Assembly: GCA_030550585.1 (NCBI GenBank)
Contig: JAUQPB010000003.1
Location: forward strand, 209,691 to 273,690
Source of the DNA: Thermoproteota archaeon
GTDB taxonomy: Archaea > Thermoproteota > Thermoprotei_A > Sulfolobales > Ignisphaeraceae
DNA length: 64,000 nt
Direction: 5' to 3'
Shown here: one piece after another, positions 1-8,896 of the stretch
Position numbering within the stretch: the stretch's first letter is position 1
How the letters are laid out: every line of letters begins with the position of its first letter
The notes under the pieces: generated by a model
What the model saw: only the letters and a program-made list of their open reading frames with translations
Told to the model about the DNA's origin: nothing
Database searches by the model: none
Program-made: the position numbers and the translations under genes

Positions 1-2528
1 TTCAAGGCTTTCACTATATTACTAACATGATCTATTATCATATCAGCATATCTAAGCGACATTAACATGTTTTTGTCGTAGCCCTTGGGCAGCTCTAGCA
101 CCTTTGCCGATATTCTACCCTCAGCAAAGGTTTTGCTCCATATCTCCTCTGCTATATATGGTGTGTAAATGCTTATTAGACCAAGCCATATTCTAATCAC
201 ATTTATAATCCTCCTTGAAGGTGTTTCAACAAGCTTTAGATATGAATCTATCAACTCTTTTATTTCATAGAATATCTTGATCCCTGCCTCCCTTAATTTA
301 TACTCCTCTAATAGCTTCATTATTTCGTTAACAATGTAATCAAATTTTGCAAGAAACAGTTGATCGAGAGTTGTTTCCTCTGCTCTTAGCCTAGACGCAT
401 TATTATAGATTCGAATTATTGTATCATGTATTTCTAGTAACAGCTGAGGATATTCAGACTTGCCTAATTTGCTAAGCATATCCATGTCTATGTTTTCATC
501 CTGATAAACCTCTGCATTCAGCGCCAGCAACAGCCTAACTATATCTGTCCCATATTCATCGATAAGATTCTTAAGCGGTATTATATTTCTTGCAGATTTG
601 CTCATCTTCTGCTGTTTTATGAGAACCCATCCATTAGCTATTATACCCCTAGGCCATAGGCTACTTGGAAACAAAGCTACATGGTTAAATATGAAGAATG
701 TGAGGTGATTTGGAATCAAATCTTTACCGCTAACCCTCATATCTAGGGGATACCAATACAAGAATTCTTTTCTTAAATAATCGACAACCTTGCTTTCAAC
801 ATTAATTAACTTGGCCACATTTCCTACATCACCCCTACCCAGGAATACGTAATCCCAGAATTCCTTGGGCAATGCCTTGATTCCACGCAGAGCCTCTCTA
901 ATTCTGTGAACCACAGTATAAAAGGCCATGTATATAGTTGAGTCGCTAAGGCTTTCAATAATCCATTTTTCATCCCAAGGCAGAGGTGTTCCAAGCCCCC
1001 TAGTCCTTGCACATGCTCTTCTTTTAAGCCAATCTATTGTTGCTTCAAATTGTGCTCGAGCTTCTGGAGGCACTATCTTCATTTTCTCTAAAGCTTCTCT
1101 TGCAATGGTCTTCCAAGATTCGCTTCCATAATTTATGAACCACTGGTCCTTCAATAGCTTCACAACAATTTCTGTGCCACATCTACAGTAGACAGGTTTG
1201 TTCAATATTTCATATATGATTGTGCCCAGATTGTTATTCACTATAAGGCTCTCCATAGCTTCTCGAGCATTCTTGACAGGTCTACCACACACCTCCTTCT
1301 CTATATACTCTCTAAATCGATCCAAAACCTTGAGATCTTTGACCATAAACCCTCTTTGATATTCCAGTGAATACACATATTTGGTTGCTTCATCAAGCTT
1401 CTCCCTCTCTGTTTGCGCCGAGATTTTGAATTGTTTTAATGCTTGATAAGCTGAGGCAACTCTTTCTCCATCGACCTCGATAATCACCTTTGGCGTTATG
1501 TTGCTAACAAGTTCTCTTAATTTATCACTACCTTTAATATCCTCCAAGGCGATAGCGTCATAGGGGGCGTGAGCAGGGACGCTCATAACAACACCTGTAG
1601 CGAATGACGTATCAACAAATGATGCAGGTAGTACGGGTACTCTTTCTCCTGTGATCGGATTTGTGACAAATACACCGATAAGAGAGCTACCTGGAAGTCT
1701 ATCTACCACCTCGAAATCTAGCTGATATTTAAGTCTCGATGCAGCGTCTTCTCCCACGATCCACAAATCTCCATTACTTAACCTTATTTTCAAATAATAT
1801 TTATCTGGGTTCACCCATATGTTGGTCACGCCAAATATGGTCTCAGGTCTCAATGTAGCTGTCGGATATGCTACACCATTATCATCCCTAAATAATATTG
1901 CCACAAATTCCCCTATCTCTGGCTCAACATCACCTTTAGTATCATGCATACCTACAGGCATTTCATGTTTTGGACACCACCCCACTGGATGTGTGCCCCT
2001 CTCTATGTACCCCTTCTCGTAGAGTGTGAGAAATTGCCATTGTATAAATGATTTGTAGTCATCGTCTATGGTTGTGAACTCCCTTCTCCAATCAATTGAA
2101 AGTCCATAAAGTTTCATGACCTCCTTTGAAACATTGTGAAAATATCTTGCCAAGTATAATGGATCTACCATTTTCTTGATATCCTCATCGACTACACCAT
2201 AAACATTTTTGAACAAATAAAGCAGATCCTTATCCCCGTTTTCAATAGCCTCAGCCATTGTTATTATTGGTGTTCCTGTGTAATGGAACCCCATTGGAAA
2301 CAATACATTGTATCCTTGTAGTCTTTTGAACCTAGCTATAATATCTGCTATTAGGTATGTTCTTCCATGTCCTATGTGAATAGGGCCATTGGGATACATA
2401 TAAGCAGCAGTTATGAAAAACTTTGGTTTGGAGCTATCCGGATCTGCTTGATATAGCTTTTCCTCATTTAGTATCTTACTCCATTTGTATGTTAGTTGAA
2501 CGAAATATTCGTTAATATTATCAGCCAT
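1..2528 (-). CDS. leuS: Leucyl-tRNA synthetase (3' end outside the window; absent from the ORF track)
   Basis: Manual translation from ATG 2528 gives MADNINEYF...KFFITAAYMYPNGPIHIGHGRTY (HIGH), the editing-domain motifs ATLRPETIFGVTN and TGVVMSVPAHAPYD, and SGKDLIPNHLTF, plus KMSKS near 600. Confidence 0.95.
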   Translation of the reverse strand, partial: MADNINEYFVQLTYKWSKILNEEKLYQADPDSSKPKFFITAAYMYPNGPIHIGHGRTYLIADIIARFKRLQGYNVLFPMGFHYTGTPIITMAEAIENGDKDLLYLFKNVYGVVDEDIKKMVDPLYLARYFHNVSKEVMKLYGLSIDWRREFTTIDDDYKSFIQWQFLTLYEKGYIERGTHPVGWCPKHEMPVGMHDTKGDVEPEIGEFVAILFRDDNGVAYPTATLRPETIFGVTNIWVNPDKYYLKIRLSNGDLWIVGEDAASRLKYQLDFEVVDRLPGSSLIGVFVTNPITGERVPVLPASFVDTSFATGVVMSVPAHAPYDAIALEDIKGSDKLRELVSNITPKVIIEVDGERVASAYQALKQFKISAQTEREKLDEATKYVYSLEYQRGFMVKDLKVLDRFREYIEKEVCGRPVKNAREAMESLIVNNNLGTIIYEILNKPVYCRCGTEIVVKLLKDQWFINYGSESWKTIAREALEKMKIVPPEARAQFEATIDWLKRRACARTRGLGTPLPWDEKWIIESLSDSTIYMAFYTVVHRIREALRGIKALPKEFWDYVFLGRGDVGNVAKLINVESKVVDYLRKEFLYWYPLDMRVSGKDLIPNHLTFFIFNHVALFPSSLWPRGIIANGWVLIKQQKMSKSARNIIPLKNLIDEYGTDIVRLLLALNAEVYQDENIDMDMLSKLGKSEYPQLLLEIHDTIIRIYNNASRLRAEETTLDQLFLAKFDYIVNEIMKLLEEYKLREAGIKIFYEIKELIDSYLKLVETPSRRIINVIRIWLGLISIYTPYIAEEIWSKTFAEGRISAKVLELPKGYDKNMLMSLRYADMIIDHVSNIVKAL

Positions 2529-2618
2529 TTTGGACTACCCTTTATACATCACTTTAATCCTTTAATAATTTGCCAAAAATAATTTTAAATTTTAAATTAG
2601 AAGCTGGATTGGCTGAGA

Positions 2619-2840
2619 ATGTTGAGCAGGTGTACAACTGGAAGGGATATTGTAAAGGTTATTGTGTACTCAACCATATTCATAGTCCTAATAGACGTGA
2701 TTATTCTACTTATTCTAAGTTTGATAACTATATTACGAAAGGCTCTCGGTGATGGACTTTCACTATCACTGTTGATTTTTATCGGTCTTCTTATAATCTA
2801 TGGACTTTACACACTATTACGAAGAATTCTAAATTTGTGA
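2619..2840 (+). CDS. Small membrane protein with two predicted TM helices, unknown function
   Basis: 73-aa ORF with two long hydrophobic stretches, divergent from leuS. Confidence 0.5.
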   Translation: MLSRCTTGRDIVKVIVYSTIFIVLIDVIILLILSLITILRKALGDGLSLSLLIFIGLLIIYGLYTLLRRILNL

Positions 2841-2890
2841 TACATTGATGCTTAAAACATATATTGCTGTGAGTAGAATTATAATGCGAT

Positions 2891-2950
2891 AGATGATGAT
2901 CTTGGCCGTAACCGATGGATCTCTAATGAGGATTTTGGTAGCCTCTGAAA
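2891..2950 (+). ncRNA. C/D-box sRNA (2'-O-methylation guide)
   Basis: C ATGATGA 2893, 12-nt guide, D' CCGA 2912, C' ATGAGGA 2926, 12-nt guide, D CTGA 2945. Confidence 0.8.
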
Positions 2951-2952
2951 TG

Positions 2953-3007
2953 GGATGACGAAACTTGCCCCCTACAGATTTGATGAAGATATTATCGCGA
3001 ACGGACC
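2953..3007 (+). ncRNA. C/D-box sRNA, tandem with the previous one
   Basis: C ATGACGA 2955, guide AACTTGCCCCCTA, D' CAGA 2975, C' TGATGA 2981, degenerate D CGGA 3002, short GG/CC terminal pairing. Confidence 0.55.
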
Positions 3008-3009
3008 AT

Positions 3010-3864
3010 ATGATAAACAATTTCCTTATGTTCCTAAAGAATATGGGTTTTTCTAGTGGGCAAGGAAGCGAGTTTGTGAACCTCTTTCCCTATACATCTA
3101 ATGTTATATGGGAAAAAGAGCCTCTTCTTTGCCTAGGAATGTCTGTATGCTATTCCGTTGGCGACAGGGTTGTTGAATACAATTCAAAGAGTTTTAATTA
3201 TGATAATTTTTCCTTCGATTTTCCAGTTAAAAACAACATTTACTGTTTTGATAATCTTTGTAAAATATGTGGCAACAATAATTACATTGCAATCTATTCT
3301 TCGCGCCAAATCGATGCACTACAAGTTGTTAGGGCTAAGCCTTTTGCATTAATAAAAACTGATTTAACAATAGTTAGCGAGTTATCATCGGTCATGGCTA
3401 TTAATATAGTGGGAGAAAAAGGAGCGGGCTTGTCCGTAGCCTTTAAAAACCCAGCTAGGATTTCGTACTTGAGCCGCCATCACATCTTTATCGAATACTA
3501 TGGAGATTGCATATATGTATCGAAGGAGCCTGTGATGATGGCTATTAGGAGATTGTTTATAGAGACATCCATGCACAGGTCTAACATAGTTATTGGTAGT
3601 TTGCACTACATACCTTTTATGGAGGTTGTTGATCCATATTCGGTTCTAGTTCCACAGAACTTCCATGACCGTTGCATAGAAATGTCCTTGTATAACATTA
3701 CCGATAATGCCATTAACAGCATTATCAAAGTTTATGGTGGTAGGGTCGCAAAAATTCAGATAGATGATGTTGAATACGAATATAGACATAATGTTGTAAG
3801 AGTGGCTATGGCACCAACATCCAAGTCCCGACTGAGACTTTGTCTACAACCAAAAACAGTTTGA
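3010..3864 (+). CDS. Hypothetical protein
   Basis: Long ORF with no recognised motif; start moved to ATG 3010 because upstream codons overlap the predicted sRNA. Confidence 0.6.
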   Translation: MINNFLMFLKNMGFSSGQGSEFVNLFPYTSNVIWEKEPLLCLGMSVCYSVGDRVVEYNSKSFNYDNFSFDFPVKNNIYCFDNLCKICGNNNYIAIYSSRQIDALQVVRAKPFALIKTDLTIVSELSSVMAINIVGEKGAGLSVAFKNPARISYLSRHHIFIEYYGDCIYVSKEPVMMAIRRLFIETSMHRSNIVIGSLHYIPFMEVVDPYSVLVPQNFHDRCIEMSLYNITDNAINSIIKVYGGRVAKIQIDDVEYEYRHNVVRVAMAPTSKSRLRLCLQPKTV

Positions 3865-3869
3865 TCTTT

Positions 3870-4595
3870 CTACAATTCTAGTTGTGCCAATCTCTTCACT
3901 GCTTTAAGTAGCTGTGTCTCATAGGGTAGTCCAACGAATACAACCCTACCATTTATCGCAATTGTAGGAACTGTTGTAACAGCATATTTGTCTGCTATAT
4001 CTGGATTCTCATATGCTTCAACAACTACTGATTTTACATTGTTAGACCCATATAAACTGCTGGCATATGCAAACATATTTGCTAGCAAGACGGCATAGGG
4101 GCAGTAAGGACATGGAGGCGTTACAATAGTTTCTATCGTAGCTTTGCCTTCCAGCTTAGCCAATTCATTGACTGTTGCTGTAGAAAGTCCATGATCTCCT
4201 GTGCTTATTCTAATTATTGTTTCAACCAATGCTTTAATTTCTTCTCCTGCAGGCATTCCATAGTATGTTATAGCACCTTCAAGAAGCAGTATAGTTGGTA
4301 CCCTACTAACATCGTATTTCTTAAACATATCATTGCTAGTCTCTAAATCATATTTTTCAATTACAATAGCCTTTTCAGAGCCTATTGGTGGGCTTGCCTC
4401 GATTAAAACATTTAGCAGTTTTTCTGTCTCTGAACATGAGAAGCATTGCCTATTATTACCAGATGTGAAAAGCTTTAGCTTGACTTGCGTCTTCATATCC
4501 CTTAGCGTTTCCTTAAGTGCTTCCATATCACTATCTGTGATGTCAAACTTAAACATTTCTTCAATATATGGTGGTAAACTGTACTCTGTTGTCAT
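3870..4595 (-). CDS. Protein disulfide oxidoreductase (PDO, two thioredoxin folds)
   Basis: Two CxxC motifs (CFSC, CPYC), two cis-Pro VPT motifs and G-P-GEE; GGTGA SD-like site before ATG 4595. Confidence 0.9.
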   Translation of the reverse strand: MTTEYSLPPYIEEMFKFDITDSDMEALKETLRDMKTQVKLKLFTSGNNRQCFSCSETEKLLNVLIEASPPIGSEKAIVIEKYDLETSNDMFKKYDVSRVPTILLLEGAITYYGMPAGEEIKALVETIIRISTGDHGLSTATVNELAKLEGKATIETIVTPPCPYCPYAVLLANMFAYASSLYGSNNVKSVVVEAYENPDIADKYAVTTVPTIAINGRVVFVGLPYETQLLKAVKRLAQLEL

Positions 4596-4669
4596 ATCTG
4601 GTTCACCATACTTGAGACATTTTAACATCTTCTAATTCTACTTAAAAAGCATTTCTCATGTGAAAATCA

Positions 4670-5491
4670 CTATGAGTAATAATCTTTGTTGATGTATCTT
4701 TGAGCTAGCAACTTCACTCTTTCAACGTCGTTGCGTATTTTTTCATCTTTCAACTCCTCTAATCTCTTTTCATTCGACTGTAACACAAATTCGAATACCT
4801 TTGACGAATACACTGAGTTGAGTATCTTAGTGTTTGGAATAAGGCAGTGTCCCCCTATATAATCCGGGTAGTATATGGGTCTATCATGTAAAACTTCATG
4901 CACTTCGCCAACAAATTGTGCAATAGCTTCTATGTCTGCACCGAACCTCAGGGCTATTCTGTGTATTTCATGCCAAGAAGCTATCATTATAGCTCTGTAA
5001 ACAGTTTCCCACAGTTTTGCTAGTTCTAGTGACTCTGGTTCGCCTCTATACTCTTTCACCTTGAATCCAGCAAGAAGATGGTGCAATACAAAAATTGATA
5101 GCTTTTCTAATGGAAGGCTTACGATCCATTTAGGCCAAAAGTATAGATGTTTAACAATATTTGGATGCTTTCCTCTCACAGGTGAGAAGGCTGTTGGAAC
5201 AAAGCTTGCATTGTAAACCTCTCTTGTGATCCCTGGAGCTACCGTAGAATGTATCACAATATACTCAGGACTGAATTTAGCTACATACTGTTTTACAATA
5301 TCAACGAATCTTGATGAATAAGGTATTGCTATATGCATGAAGTCAATGTTTCGAGGAATCTCTTCAAGCCTATTAATGGTTTTGTTGGGATCTATATCAT
5401 ATCCATAAACCTCAAACTTGCCACTATATTCAAATACCTTATAAATCGCGCTACCGACCTCGCCAAGCCCAATTACAACTACCTTATCCAA
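4670..5491 (-). CDS. UDP-glucose/GDP-mannose dehydrogenase family protein (short form)
   Basis: GLGEVG Rossmann motif, IHSTVAPG, ELAKL and catalytic GGHCL. Confidence 0.85.
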   Translation of the reverse strand: MDKVVVIGLGEVGSAIYKVFEYSGKFEVYGYDIDPNKTINRLEEIPRNIDFMHIAIPYSSRFVDIVKQYVAKFSPEYIVIHSTVAPGITREVYNASFVPTAFSPVRGKHPNIVKHLYFWPKWIVSLPLEKLSIFVLHHLLAGFKVKEYRGEPESLELAKLWETVYRAIMIASWHEIHRIALRFGADIEAIAQFVGEVHEVLHDRPIYYPDYIGGHCLIPNTKILNSVYSSKVFEFVLQSNEKRLEELKDEKIRNDVERVKLLAQRYINKDYYS

Positions 5492-5632
5492 TCATAATCA
5501 CCGTTCGTGGTTATACAAATTTTGCAACCTAGGCTTAAAAATAGATAGATTCAAATGTTTAATACAAATGTCACTAGCATGAAACGTCTCTTCATAGAAA
5601 TTGATAGGTATTCCAGCTCAAAGCTAAGTACG

Positions 5633-5692
5633 CCTCAGTGCCGGAAATAGTTCATCATTATTTTACTCAGCCTAGGACGCCAACATCACAAT
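5633..5692 (-). ncRNA. C/D-box sRNA
   Basis: Minus strand: GTGATGT, TGGCGTCCTAGG, CTGA, spacer, ATGATGA, ACTATTTCCGGCA, CTGA. Confidence 0.75.
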
Positions 5693-5729
5693 CAATGTAG
5701 TGAAAGATTAAAAAACAATATGTGACGAG

Positions 5730-5781
5730 AATCAGAGTAGCTCAGCCACATCACATGTCAGTGCCTTTACCATCATCACAA
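5730..5781 (-). ncRNA. C/D-box sRNA, probably tRNA-targeting
   Basis: Minus strand: GTGATGA, TGGTAAAGGCA, CTGA, cat, GTGATGT, GGCTGAGCTACT, CTGA; the D guide is complementary to tRNA GTAGCTCAGCC. Confidence 0.75.
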
Positions 5782-5800
5782 ATTATCACATTATTTATGA

Positions 5801-6202
5801 TTATGATCTTATTGCTTCGAAGCTGCTTCTATCTGCATAGTTTACTGTATAGTACTTTGGTTTTAAATTTCTTACAATGTATTCAAATGCTTTCCAGGGA
5901 TCGCTTTTCTCGCCACAGGTATAAACATCGACTGTTGCATATCTGTATTCTATCCAAGTATGGATAGCTATATGACTTTCGAGAACAAGTGCTATTACTG
6001 ATACCCCTCCTTTTTTCCCTCCAAAGCTCCAACTCTTAACCTCATGCAAAGTCATATTAGCTATCTTAGCTGCTTCTATGACTATTTGCCTTAGCTTATC
6101 CTCATCTTTAGCTATATCTACATCGACTTCATATAGATTTCCATACACATGCTTTCCTACTATTCTATCCATTTCAGTTTGATTATTATTGCCTTGATCC
6201 AT
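5801..6202 (-). CDS. Pyruvoyl-dependent arginine decarboxylase proenzyme (AdoMetDC/SpeD family, crenarchaeal ArgDC type)
   Basis: [23 protein letters not shown] cleavage site, YTCG and YADRSS; resembles the Sulfolobus ArgDC paralog as recalled. Confidence 0.8.
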   Translation of the reverse strand: MDQGNNNQTEMDRIVGKHVYGNLYEVDVDIAKDEDKLRQIVIEAAKIANMTLHEVKSWSFGGKKGGVSVIALVLESHIAIHTWIEYRYATVDVYTCGEKSDPWKAFEYIVRNLKPKYYTVNYADRSSFEAIRS

Positions 6203-6331
6203 TTTTGTTTGACGCCTAGAGACGGGCTAGATATGAGTAACCGGCTTATAAGCTCTATGCTAAATAAATAGCCAAACCTTTTTGAAGTTTTATTCATTTA
6301 GTTAGTGGCATAGCTTTCATTTCTGCCTTTA

Positions 6332-6961
6332 TCATGATTGCGCTGTTTTCTTATTGGAACACAAAATTGCGTAGGGGCAATACGAGCACTCCCAACTGTA
6401 TCTAGGAGCAGGTTTTAACGACAGAATACTTCGAATGAGATCTGCTACTTCGCCATCTGAAACAGGGTCTTCTATGAAATATTGCGATAACCTGTTTTGC
6501 GTGATATAGAGCAGTATGGCTTTTCTTAACCCCGTTAACCAGAGGTATAGCCTTGTCTGCAAAATGTGATGCTGATGTGGAATACTCAAATCTGATCTGC
6601 TTGACTTGATCTCTATTAACCAATCACCTATAACAGCATCTACACGCCCTTTCACAATATATGTGGCACCATCAACCACCACCTCTTTTTCGTATTCTAC
6701 TTCCAACCTCACATTGTCCTTGCCTAAGAGATCTTCAAGCAGTTTGCCAATGCCCAAATGAATTAGCTCTCCAGATATTGTAATAGGGTCAAACGCATTT
6801 GCTATTGCTATCTCTTTATACATCCTCTGGTAGTAGTATTTTAGTGGACAGTAAATTAGATCAGTAATGTAAATTTCATTCTCAAGCTTCTTTTCCAACC
6901 TTTTTCTAGCTTCCTCTATACGCCAACCATAAATCAGTTTAACAATATCAAAATTCGACAT
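6332..6961 (-). CDS. cas4: Solo Cas4-like PD-(D/E)xK nuclease with Fe-S cluster
   Basis: N-terminal YCP, GELIH, GRVD...IEIKS, QxxxY and C-terminal WECSYCPYAILC. Confidence 0.85.
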   Translation of the reverse strand: MSNFDIVKLIYGWRIEEARKRLEKKLENEIYITDLIYCPLKYYYQRMYKEIAIANAFDPITISGELIHLGIGKLLEDLLGKDNVRLEVEYEKEVVVDGATYIVKGRVDAVIGDWLIEIKSSRSDLSIPHQHHILQTRLYLWLTGLRKAILLYITQNRLSQYFIEDPVSDGEVADLIRSILSLKPAPRYSWECSYCPYAILCSNKKTAQS

Positions 6962-7000
6962 GGTTTCCCCACTTACTTTACCTAGCTAATTAATAGAGTT

Positions 7001-7054
7001 GCTCAGTAACACGGGTTATCATCAAATCTTCAGAAACAGCCGTGATCATCATCC
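7001..7054 (-). ncRNA. C/D-box sRNA
   Basis: Minus strand: ATGATGA, TCACGGCTGTTT, CTGA, agat, TTGATGA, TAACCCGTGTTA, CTGA; both guides are 12 nt. Confidence 0.85.
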
Positions 7055-7063
7055 AATAGTTTT

Positions 7064-7318
7064 TTACTTTTTGACCCGTTTATATATTCTAATCAAAATC
7101 CTTGCAGCTAGCGTGAGTTTGTATCCACCGCCTTTGGTTCTTCTTATGAAGCCCTCTCTTCGCAACTTCCTCAGAATCGTCTTGGCTTTTTCTTTATCGA
7201 TGCCCCACATTTCTGCTAGTTCATTAATTGTATATACATGTTCCTCATTTTTTCCCAGAGGATGGATATAGTCCATAAACTTTAGAAATTTCTGCATTAG
7301 GTCTGTATCTTGAGACAT
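7064..7318 (-). CDS. Small winged-helix DNA-binding protein
   Basis: TINELAEMWGIDKEKAKTILRKLRREGFI...GGYKL (wHTH pattern). Confidence 0.8.
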   Translation of the reverse strand: MSQDTDLMQKFLKFMDYIHPLGKNEEHVYTINELAEMWGIDKEKAKTILRKLRREGFIRRTKGGGYKLTLAARILIRIYKRVKK

Positions 7319-7348
7319 GATATTCCAACCCTTTATCCTAAGCTTAGT

Positions 7349-8725
7349 CTATTTAAGGAACTTGCTCTCCCATTTCTTTGCTATCTCAACGCTCTGTGAA
7401 ACATCTATAAATAATTTGCATGCCTCTTCAACATCCTCTTCTTTTATTTCGTCTCTGCCCTTCCTCTCGGCAATGATTTTGGCTGGCTGCATTAATTGGA
7501 TTGCATACCTCAAGCTTCTTTCACTTGCTATCTTAACTAAATACTCTATTGCATCCTTAGAGAGTTTTATCTCCTCCTCCTCGGCTCTGATCATTATTAT
7601 TTCCCTTATCTCATCCGGGTTATATGGTCTTACACTTATGATTAGAAGTCTATCCAAAAGATCGAGAGGCATTCCGTGAGGACCTTCATAATCAGTACCA
7701 CGAATTCTTGTTATACCTCTGTTTGTAGCAAGTATAAGTATTGGCGAGAACTCGCTTTCCATCACCCTTGTTAGAAAGCTGAATGCCTCTATATCAAGCA
7801 TATGTACATCGTCTATGAATAACACACCTGGGACAAGGGTTACCTTGCCCTCACTCAACGCCTTTCTAACAGAATCGTCAACAGCTTTTCTGATCTCAGG
7901 ATCTATTTCCCTCTCCTCGGATCCAACGCCAATCAATGATATTACAGCCCTCTTCTGCGCCGCATATGCTTCATCCAAGTCATGTAGTGTAACAGTTCTC
8001 ACAATTTCTTTTTCTTTGAATATCTTTCCCTTTGGCATATCCTCTAAAACCCTAGACGTTTCTATGTCATAGTATCTTGCCTTTTCTATTCCCTTCACCC
8101 TGCCCAACTTGAAAACTTCACCAGAATCGGCATCTATACTTATCAGATCACCCCTCCTTATAGAGAGTTGCGCAAGTTGCATAGCTATCGACTGGTCCAC
8201 CTCTAGCGTTTTCTCCTCATCTTTCGTGGTGAGGGTTATCCTAGCACCACGTGGCACTTTAACATATGGGTTAAAGGGGTGAGACGCTAAAGCAAACTTG
8301 ATCTCCTTTACAACACCTTCGTAAACCCTTCTCAACTCCCTTACTCTGATTCCAATAGCTCTTCTAACAGCCCTCATCAAAATTTCTGTCTTTTTAATTT
8401 CAGTTGAATAGAGCTCAGCACCATTTATCATTACGAAGGGTGTGTCCTCACCAAGCTCTCTCGCTATTGCGATTGCAAGTGCTGTTTTGCCTGAGCCCGG
8501 TGGGCCAACAAGCAATATTCCTCTTCCAGCAAGCTTACCCTCTTTAATCATCTTGACAACTATTCCAGCCGCTTTCCTCGCCTCTAGCTGCCCCACAAGA
8601 CCGTCTGCAATGTATTTAGGCTCGCCTTTCTCATCTAAACCCAGCCCCCTTATGTGGCTATGTGCGCTAATCCTCTTCAACATCTCTCTTTTGGATTCTT
8701 CTTTCACCTCTCTAATCATGCTCAA
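7349..8725 (-). CDS. TIP49/RuvB-like AAA+ ATPase
   Basis: HSHIRGLGL, Walker A GPPGSGKT, Walker B DDVH, ATNRG and PLDLLDRLL. Confidence 0.95.
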   Translation of the reverse strand: MSMIREVKEESKREMLKRISAHSHIRGLGLDEKGEPKYIADGLVGQLEARKAAGIVVKMIKEGKLAGRGILLVGPPGSGKTALAIAIARELGEDTPFVMINGAELYSTEIKKTEILMRAVRRAIGIRVRELRRVYEGVVKEIKFALASHPFNPYVKVPRGARITLTTKDEEKTLEVDQSIAMQLAQLSIRRGDLISIDADSGEVFKLGRVKGIEKARYYDIETSRVLEDMPKGKIFKEKEIVRTVTLHDLDEAYAAQKRAVISLIGVGSEEREIDPEIRKAVDDSVRKALSEGKVTLVPGVLFIDDVHMLDIEAFSFLTRVMESEFSPILILATNRGITRIRGTDYEGPHGMPLDLLDRLLIISVRPYNPDEIREIIMIRAEEEEIKLSKDAIEYLVKIASERSLRYAIQLMQPAKIIAERKGRDEIKEEDVEEACKLFIDVSQSVEIAKKWESKFLK

Positions 8726-8896
8726 TGAACATCACCTATTATATACATTAAGTTTATTTCTATACAATTCCAAGCTTATAACCTTTCATATTAAGTGAGC
8801 TTGCTACTATGACTTAATGAAAGTTCTTAAAAGAGCTTATAAAACAGAAATTTATATCCACATGCAGTCAATAAAAATAGGCAGCGGGTATGTATT

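Noticed and set aside
824-2022. Short ORFs in the track over the first 2 kb
   Set aside because: Shadow or alternate-frame ORFs of leuS, which the track missed because it runs off the window
6332-6961. CRISPR-Cas system implied by cas4
   Set aside because: No repeat-spacer array and no cas1, cas2 or effector genes seen in the window
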